Below, one piece after another: positions 29,154 to 37,666 of a stretch of 64,000 nt of DNA. The stretch comes from Myxococcota bacterium (lineage in GTDB: Bacteria; Myxococcota_A; Polyangia; Nannocystales; Nannocystaceae), in NCBI GenBank assembly GCA_039194325.1, contig JBCCWC010000002.1, forward strand, positions 32,001 to 96,000, written 5' to 3'. Position 1 is the first letter of the stretch; every line of letters starts with the position of its first letter. A program made the position numbers and the translations under genes. The notes under the pieces were generated by a model that did not search any database, was not told the DNA's origin, and was given only the letters and a program-made list of their open reading frames with translations.

Positions 29154-31505
29154 TCACAGCAGATCGTCGAGGTCACCGAGGACCTGCTCGAGGTCGCCGG
29201 CGACCTCGGCCAGGAGGGTCTGGTCGGTGGAGGTGAGCACGGCGGCCGCTGTTTGGGCGCGCGCCCCCAGGCCTCGGGCCTGGATGAGGTTCTCCAGGAA
29301 CGTCCGCCGCTCGGTCGAGCCCAGGGCTCCAAAGGCCCGGCGCAGCAGCGGGAGGATATTGCGGTAGGCATCGGGCTCTACCGCACACACGAACGCGTCG
29401 AGGGTCTGCACCACCACCCGGTTTCGAACGAGCACGGTGGCGTTGACCTGCAAGAAGCCCTCGACAAAGGCCGCGCCGCTTTGGGGGTGCAGCGTGTCGG
29501 AGAGCCGCTGGGCCACGAACGTGGCCACCTCGCTCTGGTCGATCGTGCGCGCGAGGTAGAGCAGGGCGGTAGCGACACCCGCGGTGGTGGGATGAATGCC
29601 GTAGTCCTCCAGCAGGGCCCGGGCCGCGGTCAGCCATGCCTCGCGGTCGACTGCCGGCTGGGCCAGCGCGACCTCGTGCAGCGTCTGGAGGGCGCGGGGG
29701 ATCTCGGCCACTGCGTCGTCGTCGCCTTCGCACGCGGGGCGCAAGCGGAGTACGGCCCGGTCGAAGGTCTTTCGGCACAGGGCCCGTACGGTCGCCTGGC
29801 TGCTCTGGCCGGGCAGGGCATCACGCGAGGTCCCGTACGAGACCAGGCCCGAGAGCGACTGGCACGCGCGGGCCAGCGAGGGCAGCGCGTCGTCCGTGGA
29901 CGCCAGCTGATCGCACGCGCGCATGGCATCGGCCGCCGGGCGAGGGCAGGCGGTCACCACCGCCTCCATCAGCACCGCGGCCGCTTCGCCCGTGGACTCG
30001 GCCTGGGCGAGCCGGTCACCGAGCACCTGGGACGTGACCTGCCTCAGCGTGTTGCCCAGCGCGATCTTCTCCACCAGGGCCACGTCGGTGCTGGGGGTCC
30101 ACTGGGCCTCCCACGACTCACGCATGCGGCTCAGAGCGGCGGGCCCCCCCGGCTCGTCGGCGTCCGTGCCCCGCGAGCGCGGACCTTGGGCCCGGTAGGT
30201 GCCGTGGAAGGTCGCATAGGGCACATCGGCTACGCGTAGCCGATGCAGGAACACCGAGGTCTCCACCGCCCGAGGATCGCGCAGCTGCAGCGCCACCTCG
30301 GTGGCCTCGTCTTCTCGGGGGAGATCGCGATCACCCACCTCCCGCCAAAATTCCTCCTGTAGCGAATTCTTGCCGATCCGCTCGGCGACCTTGCCCACCC
30401 GGTGCCCCAGCACCTGCCGCCACAAGAACGCATCGACGGGCTGCTCGTCGCCCCGGCACATGGTGGCGATGCAGGCCTCGCGCAGCTCGTCGAGCCCCGG
30501 CTCGGCCTTGTCGCGCAGCTCGGCCAGGGTGCAGGCGAGACGATAGGCCTCGATCGTGTCGGCCATGGAAGCGGCAAACCCTCGCTGCCGCAGCTCGGCG
30601 CCGAAGCCCAACAGCGTGCGCAGCGTGGCCTGCCGGAAGTCGCACCCCGTCTCGTGGGCCAGCTGGTAGTACTGCGGCGCCCGGTTGCCTGCCCCGTAAC
30701 CCAGCTGGGCGGCCAAGCGGGGGAAGCTGAAGGGGATCAGCGTCGCCGCGCTCGGCCGCGGCGAGGGCAGCGAGTCGACGAGGGGGGGCTCGAGATCCTC
30801 CGCCACGAAGGCGGCGGCATGCGCCGCGCCGACCACGGCCACGATCCGCTCTGGCGCTACCCCGTCGGCCACCGTCAGCTCGATCTGGGCGGCCATGAAC
30901 GCGTCGCGGGTGCGATGCCACGGTACCGGGTGGGCGGTTCGTACGAGCGCGGCATGGGCCAGCAATGCCTCGCGGAATTGTTCGGGCTGGTAGTCGGGTG
31001 CCTCGAAGCACGCCTCCCACAGCTCTTCGAAGCCTCGGAACCCTCGCGCCTCGGCTGCGGCCAGGTACGGGTCGAAGGGAGGGGGTGGGGTGGCCTCGAC
31101 TGGCTCGTACGGCTCGAGCGGCTCGAGCGGCTCGCCCGATGTCGCGATGTTGGCCTCGTCGTCTCGCTCGTGCGCCAGCGACACCCCCACCGGGACGTCG
31201 ATGAACCGCGCCTTGGCCCCGTGGTCTCGGGCCCAGCGTAGCGCCTGCCACTCGGGCGAGTAGGCGGCGAAGGGCCACAGCGCCGAGCGGGGCTCGCCCT
31301 GGGTCGCGTAGCCCAGGATCGCGACCGGGGGTTCGGTCTGGTCGTCCACCAGCACGTCGATGAGCTCGGTGGCGTCCAGGGGTCCCTCCACCAGCACCAC
31401 CTCGGGTCGAACGCGATCGAGGAACGCCCTCAGCGTCGCGGTGGTCCGTGGCGAGTGGTGGCGAATGGGGTACAGGTGCACCCCCTGGAGGGCAGACGAG
31501 GCCAT
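29154..31505 (-). CDS. DUF5682 (YehM-like) protein
   Basis: N-terminal PIRHHSP..., VLVEGP.D, PFAAYSPEWQA, VVGAAH, GYGAG; follows a YehL-like ATPase. Confidence 0.85.
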   Translation of the reverse strand: MASSALQGVHLYPIRHHSPRTTATLRAFLDRVRPEVVLVEGPLDATELIDVLVDDQTEPPVAILGYATQGEPRSALWPFAAYSPEWQALRWARDHGAKARFIDVPVGVSLAHERDDEANIATSGEPLEPLEPYEPVEATPPPPFDPYLAAAEARGFRGFEELWEACFEAPDYQPEQFREALLAHAALVRTAHPVPWHRTRDAFMAAQIELTVADGVAPERIVAVVGAAHAAAFVAEDLEPPLVDSLPSPRPSAATLIPFSFPRLAAQLGYGAGNRAPQYYQLAHETGCDFRQATLRTLLGFGAELRQRGFAASMADTIEAYRLACTLAELRDKAEPGLDELREACIATMCRGDEQPVDAFLWRQVLGHRVGKVAERIGKNSLQEEFWREVGDRDLPREDEATEVALQLRDPRAVETSVFLHRLRVADVPYATFHGTYRAQGPRSRGTDADEPGGPAALSRMRESWEAQWTPSTDVALVEKIALGNTLRQVTSQVLGDRLAQAESTGEAAAVLMEAVVTACPRPAADAMRACDQLASTDDALPSLARACQSLSGLVSYGTSRDALPGQSSQATVRALCRKTFDRAVLRLRPACEGDDDAVAEIPRALQTLHEVALAQPAVDREAWLTAARALLEDYGIHPTTAGVATALLYLARTIDQSEVATFVAQRLSDTLHPQSGAAFVEGFLQVNATVLVRNRVVVQTLDAFVCAVEPDAYRNILPLLRRAFGALGSTERRTFLENLIQARGLGARAQTAAAVLTSTDQTLLAEVAGDLEQVLGDLDDLL

Positions 31506-31514
31506 CGGGCGCCT

Positions 31515-32600
31515 CTAGTCCTTCAGCGCCCGTCGGGCCTCGGCGTGAAAGCTCTTCCAGAGCCCCCCGCGGCCCTTGGCCACCGTCTCGCAGTACTCGC
31601 GCAGGCTCTTGAGGTCGTCGGCGCTCTCCTTGGCCACCGCCCCCACCAGCGAGCGGGCGAGCTCATGCGGCCCGATCTCTCCGTTGCCGAAGTGCTGGGC
31701 CAGGATCGCGCTGTTGAACAGCACGCTGATCGCCTCGGCGGTGGACATCACCGAGCTGGGCGGGTTGACCTTGGTCTTGCGATCCTTGGTGACCCCCGCC
31801 CGCAGCTCCTGGAACATGGTGACCAGCAGCGATACCAGCTCTTCGGGTGGAGTGGGCTCGATCTGGTAGTCCGCGCTCAGCTCGGCCGCACGCTTGGTCA
31901 CGATCGCGATCTCCTGCTGGAGGTTGGAGACCACCGGGATCGTCACGAAGTTGAAGCGACGCTTGAGGGCAGCGCTCATCTCGTTGACCCCCCGGTCACG
32001 GGTGTTGGCGGTCGCGATCAGGTTGAACCCTCGCTGCGCGGTGGCGATCTGGCCCAGCTCGGGCACCGCCACCTGCTTCTCCGACAGCAGCGAGATGAGC
32101 GCATCTTGGATCTCCGCCGGTGTGCGGGTGATCTCCTCGAAGCGGGCGAACTTGCCCGCCTCCATCGCCCGGTAGATCGGCGAGGGGACCAGCGCCTTGG
32201 GTGAAGGACCTTCGGCCAAGAGCAAAGCGTAGTTCCAGCTGTACTTGATGTGGTCCTCCGAGGTCCCGGCCGTCCCCTGCACGATGAGCGAGGAGTCTCC
32301 GCTGATCGCCGCGCACAGGTGCTCCGAGAGCCAGCTCTTGGCCGTGCCCGGCTCGCCCACCAGCATCAGGGCGCGGTCGGAGCACAGCGTGGCGATCGCC
32401 ACCTCCACCAGCGCCTTGTTGCCGATGAACTTGGCCGTGATCTCCACCCCGTCGACCGGCTTGTTGGCGCCCAGGATGTACGTGGACACGGCCTTGGGCG
32501 AGAGCTTCCAGCCCGGAGGGCGTTGGCCCTCGTCGGTGCGCGCCAAGGCGGCCAGCTCGCGTTCGAATTTGATCTCGGCGGGTTGTCGAATCGTGGACAT
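31515..32600 (-). CDS. MoxR-family AAA+ ATPase (YehL-like)
   Basis: Walker A GEPGTAKS, RFEEITR, ATANTRDRGVNEMSAALKRRFNF. Confidence 0.93.
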   Translation of the reverse strand: MSTIRQPAEIKFERELAALARTDEGQRPPGWKLSPKAVSTYILGANKPVDGVEITAKFIGNKALVEVAIATLCSDRALMLVGEPGTAKSWLSEHLCAAISGDSSLIVQGTAGTSEDHIKYSWNYALLLAEGPSPKALVPSPIYRAMEAGKFARFEEITRTPAEIQDALISLLSEKQVAVPELGQIATAQRGFNLIATANTRDRGVNEMSAALKRRFNFVTIPVVSNLQQEIAIVTKRAAELSADYQIEPTPPEELVSLLVTMFQELRAGVTKDRKTKVNPPSSVMSTAEAISVLFNSAILAQHFGNGEIGPHELARSLVGAVAKESADDLKSLREYCETVAKGRGGLWKSFHAEARRALKD

Positions 32601-32665
32601 GGCTGGGGCAGGGCGAGTATAGGGCATGCGCGATCCGAGCGTGGGGGCTGTGGCATGCTGCTGCC

Positions 32666-33271
32666 GTGACCACTATGCGTCTTTACGGCACCTTCACTTC
32701 CCCCTACGTGCGTCGAGTCCGGATCGTCGCCCTCGAGCTGGGCATGCCCATCGAGATGGTCGATACCACGACCGACGAGGGCCAGGCCGCCATGCGGGCG
32801 GTCAATCCCCTGTGGAAGGTGCCGACGGTCGAGCTCGACGGGAGCCCGATCATGGATTCCCGCAACATCACCGAGCACCTGCTGCGGATCCACGGGCCGG
32901 GTCCGCTGTCGGCGATGGGGCTCGACGACGTGGAGGCGCACAACGTGTACACGGTGGTCGACGGGGTCGTCGACGCTCTCATCAACACGTTCTACCTGGC
33001 GCGCGACGGGATCGCGGGCGAGCAGGCCTCGTACATGCAAAAGCAGCACGAGCGGGCCGCCGCAGGGATGGCCTGGCTGGAGCAGCGTGTCGATGACGTA
33101 TGGCTGACCCGTGAGCGCGCGTTCGGCCTGGTGGAGATCGCCTTGTGTACCTCGGTGGAGTGGATGCGCTTTCGTTCGACCTACCCGGTGCAGCGGCACC
33201 CGGCGCTGATGCGCTGCGTGGAGCACCACGCCGAGCGCCCGAGCTTGGTGAAGACCCGTCCGCCGGCCTGA
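32666..33271 (+). CDS. Glutathione S-transferase family protein
   Basis: TSPYVRRVR, NPLWKVPT, DSRNI. Confidence 0.9.
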   Translation: MTTMRLYGTFTSPYVRRVRIVALELGMPIEMVDTTTDEGQAAMRAVNPLWKVPTVELDGSPIMDSRNITEHLLRIHGPGPLSAMGLDDVEAHNVYTVVDGVVDALINTFYLARDGIAGEQASYMQKQHERAAAGMAWLEQRVDDVWLTRERAFGLVEIALCTSVEWMRFRSTYPVQRHPALMRCVEHHAERPSLVKTRPPA

Positions 33272-33370
33272 CCGCCGCCGAGGCGGACGAACGCCCCAAA
33301 CTCCGTGACGACGAACACCTGGTGCGGCTGCACCCCGGCGTTCAGTGTCACGGCGTTGTGTATCGTCGCT

Positions 33371-33484
33371 GTACGCCAAGTCGACATGCTGCCGTGGCGG
33401 GTAGGAGTACATCCGGGCCGACGTATTGTTCCCGACGCCCGGTTGGGAGATACTCCATGCCGTGCAGGGGTCCGCTTGGCGTGC
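33371..33484 (+). ncRNA. Putative structured RNA or long imperfect hairpin upstream of the RpiB-like gene
   Basis: Nested pairings GTACGCCAAG/CTTGGCGTGC, GAC/GTC, CTGC/GCAG, GGC/GCC, GGAGTA/TACTCC and TCC/GGA, with several G-U pairs on the + strand. Confidence 0.4.
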
Positions 33485-33525
33485 CCACGCCCTGCTCACC
33501 CATGCCGATAGAGGAAGACCGCCAG

Positions 33526-34035
33526 ATGACGTCTCGACGTTTGCTGAACATTGTGTTGGGAGCCGACAAGTACGCGTATGCGCTCAAGGAGGCGCTGCGC
33601 GAGTATCTGATGGGGCGTGACGACGTACACGTCACGGACGTGGGCGTGGGGTCTGCGGACGCAGACATCCCCTATTACAAGACGGCCGACGCCGTCGGTG
33701 CCCGCGTGGCGGGTGGGGAATTTGAGCGCGGTATTCTCGTCTGCGGCACCGGGATGGGCATGTGCATCATCGCCAACAAGCATCCTGGTGTGTTCGCCGC
33801 GGTCTGCGAGAACGTGGAGGCCGCGGTGAAGTCACGCTCGATCAACAACTCGAATGTGCTCACACTCGGTGGCTTCGTGACCCCACCGGCCGAAGCCATC
33901 AAGATCGTCGACGCGTGGCTCGCCGCCAAATTTACGCAGGATTTCGAGCCGGATCTGCAATCTTGGCTCCGTGGCTCGATGGACGACATCGCCGAGATTG
34001 AGCGCCAGGTATTCCGGCAAGGCGAGCCAGAATGA
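33526..34035 (+). CDS. RpiB/LacA-LacB family isomerase, DRT102-like variant
   Basis: GILVCGTGMGMCIIANKHPGV; GADKY and RSINNSNVL in place of the usual GxDH and RxHNxxNVL. Confidence 0.88.
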   Translation: MTSRRLLNIVLGADKYAYALKEALREYLMGRDDVHVTDVGVGSADADIPYYKTADAVGARVAGGEFERGILVCGTGMGMCIIANKHPGVFAAVCENVEAAVKSRSINNSNVLTLGGFVTPPAEAIKIVDAWLAAKFTQDFEPDLQSWLRGSMDDIAEIERQVFRQGEPE

Positions 34036-34144
34036 CCGTATAACGCCGGCTCGCAAGCCCTGGCAGCCCGTTACGACCCGCGCGGATCCGTAGATGACGG
34101 ATCATGCTCAGGTCATCAGGAACCCGACCAGGACGACGAGAGCA

Positions 34145-34471
34145 ATGATGAAGATCGCACTGACCAACGTTCCCCCCGATCATGCACAATCCATCGCGAC
34201 TACGCTGGTGCAGGAAGAGGTCGTGGCTTGTATCAACATGTATACGGTCAACAGCGTGTACCGTTGGAAGGGCGAGCTATGCCAGGACGACGAGGTCACC
34301 CTGATGATGAAGCTCTCGGCCGAAGGCGTCGCAGCGCTAAAGGCACGCTTGCAGGAGCTCCACCCGTACGAGCTGATGGAGTTTCTCGTGCTCGACATCG
34401 ATGAACAAGGCTCGTTAGCCGAGTATATCGACTATGTTCGTCAGAGTACGCGGGTCACCACGCCCAGGTGA
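34145..34471 (+). CDS. cutA: Divalent-cation tolerance protein CutA
   Basis: IATTLV..EVVACIN, SVYRWKG, ELHPYE. Confidence 0.9.
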   Translation: MMKIALTNVPPDHAQSIATTLVQEEVVACINMYTVNSVYRWKGELCQDDEVTLMMKLSAEGVAALKARLQELHPYELMEFLVLDIDEQGSLAEYIDYVRQSTRVTTPR

Positions 34472-34681
34472 CTGCTCGGCAGGTTTCCGCCTAGACCGAC
34501 TCGAGTGCCGGCGAACGCGCTGCCCGTGTCGCTGACGGTTTCGCCCGAGTCGTTCGTGCGGACCGCGTTGCCGGCTCCATCGACGCGCAGAACCCGGCGG
34601 CTACGGGGCTGATCCCGCAGGACACGGCGTCTACGCGGCTGGCGCAGTGTAACACCCGGTCCTCATCGGGGACGTGGATGT

Positions 34682-37321
34682 GTGACCCATCGTCCCGATC
34701 GCTCGACCCTCCTGTTAGTGCTGGCGCTTTTCGCCTGCGGCGCGGACGAAGAGGACGACGATGCGCTGCCGCCCCACAGGGATCTCGGGTGTCCGCCGTC
34801 GAGCACGCTCTCGGTCGAGGTAGGCACGGGTCTTTTCGCCTACTACACGAGGTTCGACGAGATCGCTGACGAGCCGCGACCGATCACGGGCCCGGTGACC
34901 GACGTGGTGGTGAACGTCGGAGGCGTTGGGGGGCAGGTCGTGTTCTCGCGGGAGACGAGCTATCGGCCGGTCTGGCACGCGGGCGGGGGCCGCTTCGAGT
35001 TCCCGCACATGGCGGAATCGGTAGAGGGGGTGTGCTCCGCGGAGGGCCGGTTCGATCAACAAAACGAGTATGCGTTCGCTCGAGTGCTCTTTGCGACACC
35101 CGACGAGGTACGGATTGGTTGGCGATACTTCCCCGTGCTGAGTCGGCTGGCCCCCGAGGATGTGGTGCACGAGGTGTTCACGTTCCACTCGGATGGAACG
35201 GTCCGTCGCGAACACCGCCCGGGCACCGAGACGATCACCGCCTGGAGGGATCCGCTGAACCGGACGGTCGAGACCTATCAGCTAACGCAGACCGGTTTGG
35301 AGCAGACGTCCACCGAGCCCGCGCAACGGTCCCCCGAGGCGCCGCCGCTGACCGGTACCCCGGTCTTGGAGCCACCCGCGCAGGTACCCATGCTCCACTT
35401 TCGAATGGATGAAGGCCACGGCGCATCGACGTCCGCCGAAGACGGCACGGCGGCGAGCATCGCCGGTCAAGGCGCCCCGTGGCGGGGGGGGATCTCGGGT
35501 ACTGCGTTTGCGTTCGATGGCTATCGCTCCGTTGTCGAGTCCGAGCGCTCGCTTCCGGGGGCCATCACCGTCTCGGGGTTCTTGGCCCTCGGGGCACGGC
35601 CATGGAACGACGCTCCGCTCTTCGAGAGCGGTGATCTCCTGCTCGGGGTGGGGCCGTATGGCCGCCCCATCCTTCGCGTGGGTGATGCCGTGGTCGTCGG
35701 CGACGCCCCGCTTGCACTCTGGTCCTGGACGCACCTGGCCGGCGTGCTCGGCGACGACGAGATCGTGTTGCTTGTCGACGGCGAGCGGGTAGGTGCAGCA
35801 CAGCCCGACCAAGACGCGGCCGGTCCAGGCCCGCGTATTCGCATCGGCCTCAATACTACCCCGAGCGCCGCGTCCGACGGCGTTCGCGCGGACGATACCG
35901 ATATGTTCCACCACTTCTCGAGCGTGCACGGCGTGGAGGGACTGATCGACGAGGTGATGGTGCACGCGGAGGCGCTGACGGACGAACGAGTCGCGGCGCT
36001 CTACGAGCACCAGCGCAGTGCTGCAAACGCGACTCCCGAGCTACAAGCCCGCCGCGTGCCCGTGACCCCGGGGCCGGCCGAGGCATTCGGCGTGTCGCTA
36101 GAGCCCCTGCGGTACCACGACCTGTGGGACGACCAGTGGCGTGTGGCCGAAGGGGACGACGTCACGGTGCGCTTCGATTCCCTGCCCGGCAGCATCGTGT
36201 ACTGGCGCGGTACCGTCCACGGCGTGAACATGGTGGCGGACCGGACCGCCTGGATGACCGATCAGAGCGTGGAGATGGTCGTCCCCGAGGACGAGCCGCC
36301 GATCTTGACCCTGGCCGAGCACATGTCCGACAAGCAGGCTCGTCGCAGCCATGTTCGCGTGATCGAGAACACCCCGGCCCGCGTGGTCGTGCACTGGCGC
36401 TATGCAACCGCCGATGTGTTCGACACGCCAATTCACCAGACGGCGTTTGTGGACGAGATGCACACGATCTACCCCAACGCCGAGATGGTGCGGCACGTGT
36501 TCTTCCAGCTTGCGGCCGACGAAGAGGGCCGAGAGTTCTTCCACGACTTTCAGGTCATGCTCGAGCCGGGACTCCGCCCTGAGGACGTGATCGGTTTGAC
36601 GGCGCTGACCTATGCGAACCTCGACGGCGAAGTCGCCGACCTGACATGGCCCCTTCGTGCCGAGGCAACGCCGCCGATCGATCCGTCGAACATCATTCGG
36701 ATCAACTTCAGATCGGATTGGGACGTGTTTGGTGTCGCTCAGGGCGGTCGTCACTTCCCGTCTGGGGGCGGAGGAGAGATCTCACCGTACGTTCAATACG
36801 ACGGCATGGACTTCCCGTTCGCTGGTCCGTGGAATCACTGGCCCGCGGCCCAGATCCCCTCCGACGGTCGCTACGTGACGGACTACGATCGCGTGAGCCA
36901 CTTTGCTCTGGGCAGCAGCGAGCCGCAGGAGCACGGGACGGGCTCCATGCTGTACGGGTTCACCAACGACCCGGGCATGGATGGAGCGGTGATGGCCGCG
37001 CGTGCGTGGATCCGGCCTCCCGTGATGGAGAACCTCTCCGGGGCGGAGTCCATGGGCTACGACACCGATGCTCGCGCGTATCAGCTTCGCCACAGTGGCG
37101 CTCCCATCCGCTTCGTGCTCGCCGGTAGCGATAAGTCCCCCGTGCACGACCCCGCCTTCGTGGTCGACGATTGGCAGGGAGGAGCCGACGTCGAGGTGAT
37201 GCTCGACGGGGCCGCGGCTGCGGCTCGTGTCGGGCTCACCCGCGACCGTCGCGGTGCCCCGCGCTTGGTCGTCTTCGTGGAGCACGATGGCACGTCCGGG
37301 GTCGAGCTCGAGATCCGCTGA
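34682..37321 (+). CDS. Large lipoprotein with a central LamG/ConA-like jellyroll domain
   Basis: Lipobox LFAC; FRMDEGHG...GISGTAFAFDG...WTHLAGV...LLVDG...GLIDEVMV...ALT. Confidence 0.82.
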   Translation: MTHRPDRSTLLLVLALFACGADEEDDDALPPHRDLGCPPSSTLSVEVGTGLFAYYTRFDEIADEPRPITGPVTDVVVNVGGVGGQVVFSRETSYRPVWHAGGGRFEFPHMAESVEGVCSAEGRFDQQNEYAFARVLFATPDEVRIGWRYFPVLSRLAPEDVVHEVFTFHSDGTVRREHRPGTETITAWRDPLNRTVETYQLTQTGLEQTSTEPAQRSPEAPPLTGTPVLEPPAQVPMLHFRMDEGHGASTSAEDGTAASIAGQGAPWRGGISGTAFAFDGYRSVVESERSLPGAITVSGFLALGARPWNDAPLFESGDLLLGVGPYGRPILRVGDAVVVGDAPLALWSWTHLAGVLGDDEIVLLVDGERVGAAQPDQDAAGPGPRIRIGLNTTPSAASDGVRADDTDMFHHFSSVHGVEGLIDEVMVHAEALTDERVAALYEHQRSAANATPELQARRVPVTPGPAEAFGVSLEPLRYHDLWDDQWRVAEGDDVTVRFDSLPGSIVYWRGTVHGVNMVADRTAWMTDQSVEMVVPEDEPPILTLAEHMSDKQARRSHVRVIENTPARVVVHWRYATADVFDTPIHQTAFVDEMHTIYPNAEMVRHVFFQLAADEEGREFFHDFQVMLEPGLRPEDVIGLTALTYANLDGEVADLTWPLRAEATPPIDPSNIIRINFRSDWDVFGVAQGGRHFPSGGGGEISPYVQYDGMDFPFAGPWNHWPAAQIPSDGRYVTDYDRVSHFALGSSEPQEHGTGSMLYGFTNDPGMDGAVMAARAWIRPPVMENLSGAESMGYDTDARAYQLRHSGAPIRFVLAGSDKSPVHDPAFVVDDWQGGADVEVMLDGAAAAARVGLTRDRRGAPRLVVFVEHDGTSGVELEIR

Positions 37322-37350
37322 GCTGGCCTCGTCGCGATAGCAATGGGCGT

Positions 37351-37660
37351 GAAGAGCTCCGCCGATGCTTGCCTGGTGGCAGCGTGTTGGCACAAAGCTC
37401 CGCAGTTGCTTAAAATGGGACAATATAGATATAAAAAGCACTATTTTAGCCTAAAACAGGACAATCATAAGGCAGAAAAGCGTTAGTCCCGCTATTTTCG
37501 GGAAAATTCGAGAGATATTAGCCTCTTTTCGGCTCTTTTTTAGGACAATGGACGCTCAACAAGCTCCACGGGAGCTTTTTGGATGAAATGGATGACAAAG
37601 AGGCTCTGCAGGAGCTCTTTTAGGTGTCACCTCCAATCACTGGAGCGTCGCGAGCTTTGA
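37351..37660. other. AT-rich intergenic element with phased direct and inverted boxes
   Basis: Abrupt drop in GC; GGA(C/A)AAT at 37418, 37459, 37501 and 37543; AGCTCC at 37355 and 37396; GAGCT at 37572, 37612 and 37652. Confidence 0.6.
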
Positions 37661-37666
37661 TGAGCA

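Noticed and set aside
33345..33500. Hairpin as 6S RNA, SRP RNA or retron msr-msd
   Set aside because: It lacks a symmetric central bubble and zapA/ygfA context, lacks the SRP GGAA-loop motif, and there is no reverse transcriptase in the window.
34490..34562. Possible hairpin after cutA (GACTCG/CGAGTC, GGCGAA/TTCGCC)
   Set aside because: Short interrupted stems are plausible by chance at this GC content.
37388..37403. Sigma54 promoter TGGCAC...
   Set aside because: The GG-N10-GC spacing is off by one and there is no downstream gene on that strand.
37415..37486. 23-codon ORF MGQYRYKKHYFSLKQDNHKAEKR
   Set aside because: No RBS, atypical codon usage, and a length expected by chance.
37460..37487. 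dif-like site in the AT-rich element
   Set aside because: The left arm ends in CATAA, but the putative XerD arm (AAAGCGTTAGT) does not match TTATGTTAAAT.
37385..37600. Tn7-like transposon end (GGACAAT resembles TnsB-site cores; a TGT is present at 37385)
   Set aside because: There is no matching terminal inverted repeat, no 5-bp target duplication and no tns genes, and the spacing differs from typical TnsB arrays.
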